A DNA stretch of 64,000 bases. Source: Candidatus Poribacteria bacterium. Its GTDB lineage: Bacteria > Poribacteria > WGA-4E > WGA-3G. Made by a program: the position numbers and the translations under genes. Positions within the stretch are counted from its first letter, which is position 1, and each line of letters starts with the position of its first letter. Location of the stretch: contig OZ240248.1 of NCBI GenBank assembly GCA_965198235.1, positions 3,840,001 to 3,904,000 of the forward strand, read 5' to 3'. Shown piece after piece: positions 1 to 9,755 of the stretch. Below the pieces are notes generated by a model that worked only from the letters and a program-made list of their open reading frames with translations, was not told the origin of the DNA and ran no database searches.

Positions 1-1
1 T

Positions 2-1159
2 AATATCGGTGCTACCGTCGCTGAGGCTCTTGAAAGGGTTGGAAACGACGGTGCTATCACTATTGAGGAAGGCAAAACCTCAGAGACGACTGTTGACATT
101 GTTGAAGGTATGCAGTTTGATCGCGGTTTTCTCTCACCCAATTTTGTAACTGACATGCAGGCACAGGTGGTCGAATTTGAGAATCCTTTTGTTCTCATCA
201 ATACCGAGAAAATTTCCACAGTGTCGGATCTTGTCCCGATTATGGAAAAGACGATGCAACTCGGCAGACCCTTGTTCATTATCGCTGAGGATGTTGAAGG
301 GGAGGCACTCTCTACATTGGTGGTCAATAAACTCCGTGGCAACCTTCAAATTGCTGCCGTGAAAGCCCCCGGTTTCGGTGATCGCCGTAAAGAGATGTTG
401 GAAGACATCGCAATCCTGACGGGTGGTCAAGTCATCTCTGAAGAGACGGGCATCCGTCTGGAAAACATCGTTGTGGGCATGCTCGGAACAGCTCGGCGCG
501 TCGTTGTTGACAAGGATAACACGACAATTGTTGGCGGTAGTGGTGTCAAAGAGGGCGTTGAAGGGAGAGTCGCACAGATTCGGACGCAAATAGAGGAAAC
601 GACTTCCGAGTATGACCAAGAGAAGTTGGAAGAACGGCTCGCTAAACTCGCAGGTGGCGTTGCTGTTGTCAATGTTGGTGCTGCTACGGAATTCGAGATG
701 AAAGAGAAAAAGGCTCGATTTGAAGATGCTCTCGCCGCAACGCGCGCCGCAGTTGAAGAAGGCATAGTCCCTGGGGGTGGTATAGCACTTTTACGCGCTG
801 CAGCATCAATTAGCGATTTGGAATTAGGCGGAGATCAGGACACAGGACTCAATATTATCCGCCGCAGCTTGCTCTCACCTGCGCGCGCCATCGCGGAGAA
901 TGCAGGCATGGAAGGTTCGGTTGTTGTTGCCAAAGTACAGGAAGGTGAAGGGAATTACGGTTTCAATGCCGCAACAACTGAGTATGGCGACATGCTTGAA
1001 GAAGGGGTTGTTGACCCAACGAAAGTTGTCCGATCCGCGCTACAAAACGCTTCCAGTATCGCAGGCTTGCTGTTGACGACGGAAACACTCATTACAGAGA
1101 TTGAAGAGCCACCAGGTGCTGCCGCAGCCGTTGATCCACACGCTGAACACTTCCATTAG
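2..1159 (+). CDS. groEL: Chaperonin GroEL (5' end outside window)
   Basis: Frame open from position 2; motifs [49 protein letters not shown]; atypical His-containing tail. Confidence 0.97.
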   Translation, partial: NIGATVAEALERVGNDGAITIEEGKTSETTVDIVEGMQFDRGFLSPNFVTDMQAQVVEFENPFVLINTEKISTVSDLVPIMEKTMQLGRPLFIIAEDVEGEALSTLVVNKLRGNLQIAAVKAPGFGDRRKEMLEDIAILTGGQVISEETGIRLENIVVGMLGTARRVVVDKDNTTIVGGSGVKEGVEGRVAQIRTQIEETTSEYDQEKLEERLAKLAGGVAVVNVGAATEFEMKEKKARFEDALAATRAAVEEGIVPGGGIALLRAAASISDLELGGDQDTGLNIIRRSLLSPARAIAENAGMEGSVVVAKVQEGEGNYGFNAATTEYGDMLEEGVVDPTKVVRSALQNASSIAGLLLTTETLITEIEEPPGAAAAVDPHAEHFH

Positions 1160-1172
1160 GTTCATTCATCGT

Positions 1173-1198
1173 TAGGCGCGCTTTCAAAGGCGCGCCTA
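1173..1198. terminator. GC-rich hairpin between convergent genes, likely terminator
   Basis: taggcgcgc-tttcaaag-gcgcgccta inverted repeat just after the groEL stop. Confidence 0.65.
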
Positions 1199-1245
1199 CC
1201 TACACAAATACACGACTTTATTTTCTATTCTATCCGTCACTGTCT

Positions 1246-1707
1246 CTAATACCGTGCCTCCATCCCGCTATCCCAATCGCAATCGAGACAAAACATCACC
1301 GTCGGTCCTAAGTACTGGATGTTTTTGCCACCACATTCCGGACACATTTTTATCGGCTTTTCGATTTCATCCGTCTCACCGTGTCGGAGAATGTTCAAAT
1401 AATACACCTTTAGCACACCCGGATAACGGTGTCCCATCGGACAGCGGATCAGATCGGAACTATCCTTCTCAAAACGTTCCATTGTTTCTCGAAGGAACGT
1501 CAATCGGCGGTGGCAGATCGGACACGGGTTAGGGGTCAGTTCCTTCAGGACGACCAAGTCCGTATTTTCTTGTTGGATAGAGACTGGCAAAGTGAGGTGA
1601 TGCGCGAGTTGCAAATGCGATATACTTTGACACCCAAGTTTTTCGGTGAGCTCAGAAACGAGTTTCGCGTAACTTTGTGGGCTCAGTACCACTTCTGTCG
1701 GAATCAT
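1246..1707 (-). CDS. Hypothetical Cys-rich protein with two putative zinc ribbons
   Basis: CPIC...CPMGH and CPEC...CLDC motifs. Confidence 0.7.
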   Translation of the reverse strand: MIPTEVVLSPQSYAKLVSELTEKLGCQSISHLQLAHHLTLPVSIQQENTDLVVLKELTPNPCPICHRRLTFLRETMERFEKDSSDLIRCPMGHRYPGVLKVYYLNILRHGETDEIEKPIKMCPECGGKNIQYLGPTVMFCLDCDWDSGMEARY

Positions 1708-1792
1708 CGTTCCGCCCTTTAAGCTGGAGAGAAGCTGATAGATGCGTTCTAAAATGGGCTGCCACCCCCTATACCTTCATAACAGAAAAGAA

Positions 1793-2173
1793 CTATACTG
1801 TCCTACCTTCGGTTGGTTCAGAAACTAATGTCCGTTCATTACCCCGCGCGAGTGGTGATGAGGATACACCCCTTTGGGAACGGTAAGCATCAGCTGGTTG
1901 GTTCCGAATCAGAATTAAGTCATCCCCGTCACGCTCAATAATATCGTCCTGCCTTAATGTTATTTCAAACTTTCGCATACTGGTCATGAAGTTGATGGTG
2001 ACGCGCGCTGTTGCCTCCAACTTAATCTGCCAGCCGGTTGCCGTTTTCGTCCGAGTGAACCGATCACTAATATCAAGGGACTGCATCTGCGCAGCATTGA
2101 CGATCACACCGCTTGTTGCCTGTGTTTGCTCTTGGGCTTCGACAGCACTCTCGTTATTATTTTGGTCAGCCAT
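1793..2173 (-). CDS. Hypothetical protein
   Basis: ORF; ATG at 2173 (MADQ...) preceded by GAGGTG RBS and a sigma70-like promoter. Confidence 0.65.
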   Translation of the reverse strand: MADQNNNESAVEAQEQTQATSGVIVNAAQMQSLDISDRFTRTKTATGWQIKLEATARVTINFMTSMRKFEITLRQDDIIERDGDDLILIRNQPADAYRSQRGVSSSPLARGNERTLVSEPTEGRTV

Positions 2174-2209
2174 GTTGCACTTCACCTCTACAAAATTTGA
2201 ATTGAGCAT

Positions 2210-2239
2210 ATTCTAACATAGAGAATCGTCTGTTGTCAA
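2210..2239 (-). promoter_or_regulatory. sigma70-like promoter TTGACA-N18-TAGAAT with extended -10 TG
   Basis: Sequence match upstream of the 1793..2173 gene. Confidence 0.6.
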
Positions 2240-2315
2240 ACCTATTTTTTCTATGTTACTGTTCGATACCCGATCTTAACCGAGAACCGATAGTGCTAAG
2301 AAAGCAGAAATCGGG

Positions 2316-2345
2316 TTGACATTGATCCCCTAATTCGACTATAAT
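2316..2345 (+). promoter_or_regulatory. sigma70 promoter TTGACA-N18-TATAAT
   Basis: Perfect hexamers upstream of the VWA gene, divergent from the previous promoter. Confidence 0.7.
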
Positions 2346-2350
2346 ATGTT

Positions 2351-4756
2351 GTGAAAGGAATTAATCCAGATATGCGATTCACCTATTTTTTGCCAGGGTG
2401 GATAGTTGTGCTCGGTATCGGTGTTGTCATCGGTATAACCCTATTTGTTTATTTGCGGATAGCGCGTCCATTGCACCCGAGGTATAGATTATTGCTCATT
2501 CTGCTGCGCATCGCTGCAGCGTCGATTCTGCTCGGTTGTCTCTTAGCCCCCGTTGTCATCGAAAAGAAAGACATCACACCACCGACGCACCTCTCCATCT
2601 TAGTGGATACTTCGCGAAGTATGCAGCTCGTCGATGTCCCTATGAGCGAGATACCTATATCGAGACTCAGTCAGATGAATCAACTGCTTTTCAATGTCCC
2701 GGGGCAGTTCCTGCAAACCTTGCGAGATAGGTTTGAAGTTCATCTCTATCCTTTCAATACGCGACTACAACAAAGTGTCCTGTTAGCACAAGAGAGTGAT
2801 TCTCCAACGCCACACTTAGAGGCGGAAGGAGCACTTACTGATATTGGAGGAGCAATACGAGAGGCTGCAGCAACATGGAAAGGGCAACAAACCGCTGGTA
2901 TTGTCCTTATTACAGACGGTGCACACAATTCTGGGCAGTTCCCTTTGGAGACGATCACTGCATTGGAAGTGCCGGTCTACCCGATAGGTGTCGGTGCTGT
3001 GGAACCCCCAAAAGACATTCAGATTCAGCGTGTCAATTACACGCCAATTGCTTACACAAACCATGAGAGTGTCATTCGTGTGAGCATTGTGCAAGCGGGC
3101 TACACCGGTAAAACGACCCAGTTGTCTTTGCGGGAAGTAGAGAGTAAAAGACTCGTGGATGCCGTAACGTTGACCTTCACCCCACATCAGAAGGTAAACT
3201 CTGCGGATTCCAGCACAAAACAGGTTATTGAGTTAAAGTTGACACCGCAATCAGAGGGGAATTTTCAATACACTGTTACGCTTCCAACGCTTGACGGTGA
3301 GCTCACGGAGGCGAACAATCAGAAGACGTTTTCGGTGAAGGTTGTGAAGGCAAAGCTGAACGTTTTCTATCTGGAAGGCAGACCCAGATGGGACTACGCC
3401 TTTTTGAAACGGACATTAGAACGAGACCCAGATATTGAGGCTACTTGTGCAATCCTATCGTCTAATAGATTAAAGCGGTTACCTGTAGATAGCGTGCTCA
3501 ATCGTTTAGACGGATATTATCCACAAACAACTCCGGCATCGGAAACTCCACGGTTCCCTGAAACGCTCGCCGAACTTTCTAAGTACGATGTGCTAATTTT
3601 AGGTGATTTGCGAGCTGAGCATCTTACCGTAACGCAACAACGCGCAATCGTTGATTTCGTTGAGACGCAAGGAAAACCGGTTATCTTTCTATCTTCTCGG
3701 AACATGCTCGGCGTGAATGGACTCGGAAATACAGAATTAGCGCAACTGCTGCCGATTGACATCCCGAAGAATGGATGTCGTATAGAGGATACAGAATTTA
3801 CTGTGCAGCTAACTCAATCCGGGGCGTTTCACCCAATGTTGCAGCTTGATGACACCCAGGTCATACAAACAGGTCAAACCGCAGTGCTGGACGGAAATAA
3901 CTTGAGCTTGTGGCGGAACATGCCAGCGTTGCCGCGAGCCTTCAGTGGATTCCGTCTCAGGGGTGGCGCAACTGCTTTGATGGAAAATGGGAAAGGCATG
4001 CCTATTCTGATTCTCCAAAGAGCAGGTTTAGGCAAAAGCCTGATGATTGCGGCGGAAGGCTTCTGGAATTGGGATTTTGGTGTTAGAACCTTTAAAGACA
4101 CGCGTTATCACGCAATCTATCCTCGCTTTTGGGCACAGGTGCTGCGGTGGATGGCAACAAACACCGATGACAAGAACGTATATCTTACTACGGATGCCTC
4201 TACTTATGCGATAGGGGATACAGTGAAGGTTACAGCGTATCTCTACTCTGAAACCTATCAACCGCAAGCGAATGCAACAGTTCAGATCGAAGTGGTGCCT
4301 CCTGATGGAGTCCCTTTCCAACTCCAGATTAGCGCAGCGACTGAAAACATGAACGGGCTGCTGTCGCAACAGAACACAACAGCGAATATGAGCAACCTCT
4401 ATACTGCCCAATTCGTGCTACTGCAAAAGGGACAGTACCGAATTCGCGCAACTGGCAGGAGCGGCAATCTGAAATTAGGTGAGGATCAAATCGATATTTA
4501 TGCCCATCCGCAGCTTGCTGAATTGGAGAACCCGCAGCTCAATGAAGACTTGCTGAAGCAACTTGCCGGACAAACCGGTGGTGCCTATTTTACGATGGCT
4601 GACGCGGAATCAGTCCCAGAAAACATTGCCAACGTCCAAAACCCGATATTCGTTGATGCAGAACGTGAACTCTGGGCACATCCTTTAATTCTCATCACCG
4701 TCGTCGGATTATTGGGTACTGAGTGGTTTTTGCGTAAACGGGTTGGACTGACTTAA
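2351..4756 (+). CDS. Membrane-anchored VWA-domain protein with glutamine-amidotransferase-like domain (start may be ATG 2372)
   Basis: MIDAS DTSRSM and LITDG; N-terminal TM helices; YDVLILGD; C-terminal TM ending EWFLRKR. Confidence 0.8.
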   Translation: MKGINPDMRFTYFLPGWIVVLGIGVVIGITLFVYLRIARPLHPRYRLLLILLRIAAASILLGCLLAPVVIEKKDITPPTHLSILVDTSRSMQLVDVPMSEIPISRLSQMNQLLFNVPGQFLQTLRDRFEVHLYPFNTRLQQSVLLAQESDSPTPHLEAEGALTDIGGAIREAAATWKGQQTAGIVLITDGAHNSGQFPLETITALEVPVYPIGVGAVEPPKDIQIQRVNYTPIAYTNHESVIRVSIVQAGYTGKTTQLSLREVESKRLVDAVTLTFTPHQKVNSADSSTKQVIELKLTPQSEGNFQYTVTLPTLDGELTEANNQKTFSVKVVKAKLNVFYLEGRPRWDYAFLKRTLERDPDIEATCAILSSNRLKRLPVDSVLNRLDGYYPQTTPASETPRFPETLAELSKYDVLILGDLRAEHLTVTQQRAIVDFVETQGKPVIFLSSRNMLGVNGLGNTELAQLLPIDIPKNGCRIEDTEFTVQLTQSGAFHPMLQLDDTQVIQTGQTAVLDGNNLSLWRNMPALPRAFSGFRLRGGATALMENGKGMPILILQRAGLGKSLMIAAEGFWNWDFGVRTFKDTRYHAIYPRFWAQVLRWMATNTDDKNVYLTTDASTYAIGDTVKVTAYLYSETYQPQANATVQIEVVPPDGVPFQLQISAATENMNGLLSQQNTTANMSNLYTAQFVLLQKGQYRIRATGRSGNLKLGEDQIDIYAHPQLAELENPQLNEDLLKQLAGQTGGAYFTMADAESVPENIANVQNPIFVDAERELWAHPLILITVVGLLGTEWFLRKRVGLT

Positions 4757-4903
4757 ATTGATTGCAGCGTCTCTTGATGATTGTTCATGTTCCTATTCCC
4801 GCTGGAATTAACCGAAAACCATCGTGGAACGTAGTGGAACGATGAGCAGATTTTAATAGCTTAAAAAATGGTTTTTGCGTAAACGGGTTGGACTGACTTA
4901 AAT
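4724..4903 (+). repeat. 35-bp exact direct repeat (4724-4758 and 4869-4903) flanking a 110-bp segment that contains a hairpin repeat
   Basis: tggtttttgcgtaaacgggttggactgacttaaat occurs twice. Confidence 0.95.
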
Positions 4904-4961
4904 GGCTATCGGAAACCGTCAGTCGTCAATAACAAGGATGGAAGGGTGAACGGGTGGAACG

Positions 4962-5654
4962 ATGAACAGAAACCCCATAGTTAAAAAATTTTGGATCGGT
5001 TGTTTCCTCTTTTGCGCCGTGACTGGTGTACAGGTGAAGCAGGGTTCGCAGGCTTCCGATGTCCCGATAACTATCGCCCAAATCCATTATAGTGGCGGTG
5101 GTGATTGGTATGGCGACGCGACAACTATCAAAAACTGGCTTCAACTCCTCCGAAATCGAACAGATATTGAGACCGCTGAGGACAGGGTGATTATTAAGTT
5201 GACGGATCATAGCCTTTATCAGTATCCAATACTCTATATGGTAGGACACGGGAATATCCAATTGACTGAAAGTGAGGTTGAGGCATTGCGGGATTATCTC
5301 AAGAGTGGTGGGTTTCTGTTCGCCAATGATGATTACGGGCTTGACAAAAGTTTTCGTCGTGAAATGCAGAGAGTATTTCCAGAGCAGGAACTACAGCCTA
5401 TCCCAAACATGCACCTGATTTATCGCTGTTTCTACGAGCTTCAAGGACTCCCCAAAATTCATGAACACGACGCTGAACCCGCACAAGGATTTGGGCTTTT
5501 TCATGATGGACGTATGGTCGTTTACTATGCCTACAGTGCTGACATCGGTGATGGGCTTGAGGATGCCGATGTACATCCAGACGATACACCCCAGGTCCGT
5601 GAACTTGCGTCGAAAATGGCAGTAAATATTGCTGTATATGCGCTGACGCATTAA
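4962..5654 (+). CDS. DUF4159-family protein
   Basis: GGGDWY, YPILYMVGHG, GGFLFANDDYG, DIGDG motifs; lies between VWA and DUF4175-like genes. Confidence 0.85.
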   Translation: MNRNPIVKKFWIGCFLFCAVTGVQVKQGSQASDVPITIAQIHYSGGGDWYGDATTIKNWLQLLRNRTDIETAEDRVIIKLTDHSLYQYPILYMVGHGNIQLTESEVEALRDYLKSGGFLFANDDYGLDKSFRREMQRVFPEQELQPIPNMHLIYRCFYELQGLPKIHEHDAEPAQGFGLFHDGRMVVYYAYSADIGDGLEDADVHPDDTPQVRELASKMAVNIAVYALTH

Positions 5655-5670
5655 GCAGTATGAGAAAATT

Positions 5671-5794
5671 TAGGACGGACGCACGCTGCTCTTTTGTAGC
5701 ATAACCTGTTAGGTTGTGCACGGGCACTGACTGCGTTGTTTATAGACTTCCTATCTCCCCGTGTGGGCTATGATCTGAAATTGCGTCCGTCCTG
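5671..5794. mobile_element. MITE with AGGACGGACGCA terminal inverted repeats and aaaatt target duplication
   Basis: TIRs at 5672-5683 and 5782-5793; aaaatt on both sides. Confidence 0.75.
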
Positions 5795-5901
5795 AAAATT
5801 AACTGAAGATCGCAAGTCCGAAATGTAATGGAGGACGACTCTACGGAAATTGAGGTCAGTTTCCTAAGCACGCCCATCAAACCGCAAGGTAAAATTAAAA
5901 A

Positions 5902-8900
5902 ATGCACAAACCTACTTCACCAAACCGCAAGGTAAAATTAAATGATGTGAACGCGGCTTACGGAAACCTTATTGATCGATTGCGTGCTATTCGGCGACAG
6001 TGGCGATGGCTCACTTTCTCTGAAGGACTCTTGAAGTGCATCGGTATTCTTGCCCTTGTAATGGCAGGGACACTTATCATTTTAGCGATGAGTTTCCAGT
6101 TATGGCAGTTCCCCTTCTCGCGCTGGATACGCATCGCGATCATCCTATTATCAATAGGTGGTGCCGTCTATGCAGTCATTCGGACATTCGTTCTACCGCT
6201 CTGCAATAAATTGACGGACGCTGCTGTCGCGTCGCGCCTTGAATCGACGCAGACAGAGGCAGCCTTCGCCGCTGAAAATCGGGTTCTCAGTGCCGTCCAG
6301 CTTTGGAAGACTTTGGAGAACAACCGGCTTGGGTATGCCCCAGAATTCGTTGAACATCTGATTGTCCAAGCCAGCCGGGATATGGAGCAGGTTCAGCACA
6401 GACGGGTATTTCAGCCCGAATTTCGGAAGATTAGACGAAATGCAGGTGTCGCTGTCGGCGGAGTCGTCCTGCTCCTCGTTATACATTTCCTTTTACCTAC
6501 CGCGTTTACAGGCTTCGCACAGGCTTTCCAGACCTTACCAAAAACGCTGCAAGACGATCAGGAATATCTAAAAAAGTCCATTCAGATTACAAAAATCCAG
6601 CCCGGTAATATCCAAATTGAACGAGGGACCGATGTTAACGTAACTGCTGAAGTAGGCGGACATCTTGGGGCTCCCGTCGTACTTTACTATCGCGTTGCGG
6701 ATGAATCGGAAACCATCGGTTTCCATCATCAACTTGTTAAAAAACCTTCCATCCTTGATAGCGGGTTGGACTTCACCGAAAACCACCGTGAAACAAAGTC
6801 GAACGGTGACCGGATTCAATCGTTTAAAAAATGGCAATCGCTATCTATGCCCCGTATGTCTACTGATGCCGGACGGAGTTTACAGGTTTCCGAGATTTCG
6901 CTGCCCTACAGCGCGACGCTTGAAAATGTGACACGTCCACTTCAATACTATATTTCGGTCAAAGAGGTAACATCGGAACAGTACCAAATAACAATCAGCA
7001 ATGAACCGATTGTCACGCAGTTCCAGTATCGACTCAATTACCCTGCCTACACGCAACTACAGTCCCAGACGCTTCCAGCAAACGTCGGGGACATCCAAGT
7101 GCTTTTTGGAACAGAGGTTGTGTTCACTGGGGAGAGCAACAAACCGCTTCAGAAGGCACACATCGCTTTTGATGCGTCAGGTGATGTTCCGTTGGAGATT
7201 AGGGAACGACAGTTACAGGGTGCTATTACACAATTAATGAAGGATGAACAGGAAGCCGCCTCCACACCGCAAATAATACAAGGATCTTTTGTTGCTCGAC
7301 AGAGTGAAAACTATCGTATCTACATTACCGACGTTGACGGATTCATGAATCGAGACCCCGTTAACCGGACGATTACCGTTCTCGAAGATGCCGCGCCCGA
7401 TGTTGCTATTGTCGCACCCGCACGCGATACCGTTTTAGACGATGCTATGTTGGTTAAACTTAAGGTAGAGGCAACAGATGACTACGGTATACAGGAACTC
7501 CAATTGGTATACCGCGTTGAGAGTGAAGGTGCCGAGGAGGTAAATGTGCCTTTAAAACGTTGGGAGGTCGAGGGCGCGCGCTCACATAGATCGGTTTTTG
7601 TGGCATACACGTGGGATGTCGATCGGATTGGTATTTTCCCCGGCGAAACGCTCGCGTATTACGTTCAAGCCTTGGATATTGACGATGTCTCAGGACCGAA
7701 TATCGGCAAGTCTCATACCTACACACTCCGCTTTCCATCCCTCTCCGAGTTATACGACGCGCTCGCTACAGAGCAGGAAACCGAACAACGCGGGCTTGAA
7801 GAACTCGTTGACGAACAGGCAGACGCGACCGGTCTGGTTGACACGCTTCTCGATAAAATCAGGAAAAGCCAGGAACTCACCCTTAATGACGAAAACCTGA
7901 TGCAACAGGTCCTTGAAAATCAGAAACAGATTGAGGAGACGGCGAAGCAGCTCATCGAAGACATGCAAGAGACAGCGGAAGAGATGGAACAGAATCAACT
8001 CTTTGACGCTGAGACCATCGAGAAGTATCAAGAACTGCAAGACCTGATGGAGAAAGCACTTTCTGAAGAACATAAGGAGCTTTTACGGAAGTTATCAGAG
8101 GCACTCGCAAAACAGGAGATAGATGAGCAAGAGCGGTCGATGGCGGAAGCGAATCTCAGTCAAGAACAGTTCTTACAACAATTGGAACGTGCCAAATCGC
8201 TCTATGAACAGATTCTCCTCCAACAGGAGCTCGAAGCTGCGGCGAAACAGGCGAAGGCACTCGCCGAACAGCAGAAGCAGTTGATGGATACGTTGGAGTC
8301 GTCGGAACAGTCCGCACCTACAAGCGACCTCGCACAAAAAGAGGACCGGGTGGCAGATGAATTCAAGCAGCTCAGCGGAAAGTTAGAGGAACTCGGCACA
8401 AAAATGGGGGAACTGGCGCAGAATAACGAGAACGCCCCACCGCAAATAGAACGACTTGCGGATGAAATCATTCGACTCAACCAGTTTGCGCACGAGCATA
8501 AACTGTCTGAAATGCTTGAAGCGACGAGTGAGAATCTCCGGGGTGGGCAGAATAGCGAGGCACTCGAATCGGGACGAGACGCGGAACAGACCCTCACAGA
8601 ACTCGCACAGGGCTTGGATAACGCGTTGGCGTTCATGGAAGGGGCAAACGCCAACGAAACCTTGACCGCACTGCAGGAAGCCGTTGAAAGTGGGCTCCAC
8701 CTCTCACATCTTCACGAGAAGGTCCTCACGCAAACGAACGACATCCTTGTCACTGGGCAGTCTGATGCTTACATTTCAAGTGAGATTGTGCGATTGCAAC
8801 AACTCGCCGCTGATGAACTTAGTACAGCAGAGAGTATCACACAGCTTTCCAGCAAACTTTGGGAGTTAGGGAACCGACAGATAGAAGTCCCACCTGAGGC

Positions 8901-9633
8901 TATATGGCACCTTAACGCCTCAAACGATGCTCTCTCCCGTGCCGCACGCGCCTTAGAAGATAGACAGCCAAGCCTCGCGGTCCCGATCCAAAGATCGGCA
9001 CTCGCTGATCTTAATCAGGCGATCTTTGAACTCCTTGAGGCGATGGGACAGATGAACCAACAGATGGGTGCCAGCGGATTTGAAAACATGATGGAGCAGT
9101 TGCAGCAGCTCGCCGAAAATCAAGAGCAGTTGAACGAGATGGCACAGAATCTGAACCGGCAGATGCGAGAACAGGGACGAACCCCAGGGCTTGAGCAGAT
9201 GATGCGTCAACTCGCCGCCCAACAGCAGCTAATCCGAGAGGCGACCGAACGGATCGCCGAGCGTGCAGAGCAGATGGCGCAGATGCTCGGTAGTCTTGAA
9301 GGTGTCGCTGAGGAGATGACTGAGGTTGAGAAGTCACTCCGCCAAGGTGAACTCGACGAGGATGTCCTCGATAGACAGGCACAAATATTGACGCGGATGC
9401 TTGACAGTTTAAAATCGTTGCAGAAACGGGATGTCGGTAAACAGCGCAAAGCAGAAGTGGCGAAAAAGCCGGAGACATCCGCACAGGAAATACCACCTTT
9501 GCATCCTGAACTCCTCGAAGTTGTTCGGAAATTAGAAACCACACCTAACGCAAAGGAATTTGAGGACATTCCGTTCCAGTATCGGAAACAACTTCTGCAG
9601 TATTTCAAGGCACTTTCACAGAAGACACAGTAA
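5902..9633 (+). CDS. DUF4175-like membrane protein with Ig-like region and long Gln-rich coiled coil
   Basis: N-terminal TMs, ATDDYG motif, Q/E-rich coiled coil, ends QYFKAL; start uncertain because of a duplicated repeat end at 5878-5942. Confidence 0.8.
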   Translation: MHKPTSPNRKVKLNDVNAAYGNLIDRLRAIRRQWRWLTFSEGLLKCIGILALVMAGTLIILAMSFQLWQFPFSRWIRIAIILLSIGGAVYAVIRTFVLPLCNKLTDAAVASRLESTQTEAAFAAENRVLSAVQLWKTLENNRLGYAPEFVEHLIVQASRDMEQVQHRRVFQPEFRKIRRNAGVAVGGVVLLLVIHFLLPTAFTGFAQAFQTLPKTLQDDQEYLKKSIQITKIQPGNIQIERGTDVNVTAEVGGHLGAPVVLYYRVADESETIGFHHQLVKKPSILDSGLDFTENHRETKSNGDRIQSFKKWQSLSMPRMSTDAGRSLQVSEISLPYSATLENVTRPLQYYISVKEVTSEQYQITISNEPIVTQFQYRLNYPAYTQLQSQTLPANVGDIQVLFGTEVVFTGESNKPLQKAHIAFDASGDVPLEIRERQLQGAITQLMKDEQEAASTPQIIQGSFVARQSENYRIYITDVDGFMNRDPVNRTITVLEDAAPDVAIVAPARDTVLDDAMLVKLKVEATDDYGIQELQLVYRVESEGAEEVNVPLKRWEVEGARSHRSVFVAYTWDVDRIGIFPGETLAYYVQALDIDDVSGPNIGKSHTYTLRFPSLSELYDALATEQETEQRGLEELVDEQADATGLVDTLLDKIRKSQELTLNDENLMQQVLENQKQIEETAKQLIEDMQETAEEMEQNQLFDAETIEKYQELQDLMEKALSEEHKELLRKLSEALAKQEIDEQERSMAEANLSQEQFLQQLERAKSLYEQILLQQELEAAAKQAKALAEQQKQLMDTLESSEQSAPTSDLAQKEDRVADEFKQLSGKLEELGTKMGELAQNNENAPPQIERLADEIIRLNQFAHEHKLSEMLEATSENLRGGQNSEALESGRDAEQTLTELAQGLDNALAFMEGANANETLTALQEAVESGLHLSHLHEKVLTQTNDILVTGQSDAYISSEIVRLQQLAADELSTAESITQLSSKLWELGNRQIEVPPEAIWHLNASNDALSRAARALEDRQPSLAVPIQRSALADLNQAIFELLEAMGQMNQQMGASGFENMMEQLQQLAENQEQLNEMAQNLNRQMREQGRTPGLEQMMRQLAAQQQLIREATERIAERAEQMAQMLGSLEGVAEEMTEVEKSLRQGELDEDVLDRQAQILTRMLDSLKSLQKRDVGKQRKAEVAKKPETSAQEIPPLHPELLEVVRKLETTPNAKEFEDIPFQYRKQLLQYFKALSQKTQ
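6772..6831 (+). repeat. Hairpin-repeat copy lying in frame inside a CDS
   Basis: ttcaccgaaaaccaccgt-gaaacaaagtcga-acggtg...tttaaaaaa matches the intergenic copy at 4808-4868. Confidence 0.75.
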
Positions 9634-9755
9634 CAGGACTTACGCAAACGCCTTTGCTTAGCGTTGTAAGCGAAACCTCGCCAGTGGCGCAAGGAGAGAA
9701 AAGAGAAACAGCACAAGTCCTCAATCTCAGTCGCAAATTAACCGGAAACCTGCCT

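Noticed and set aside
4808-4868. Hairpin repeats as integron attC sites (TTAAC ... GTTRRR ends, located between genes)
   Set aside because: They are not end-to-end palindromes with complementary R boxes, they flank housekeeping genes, and no integron integrase is in the window
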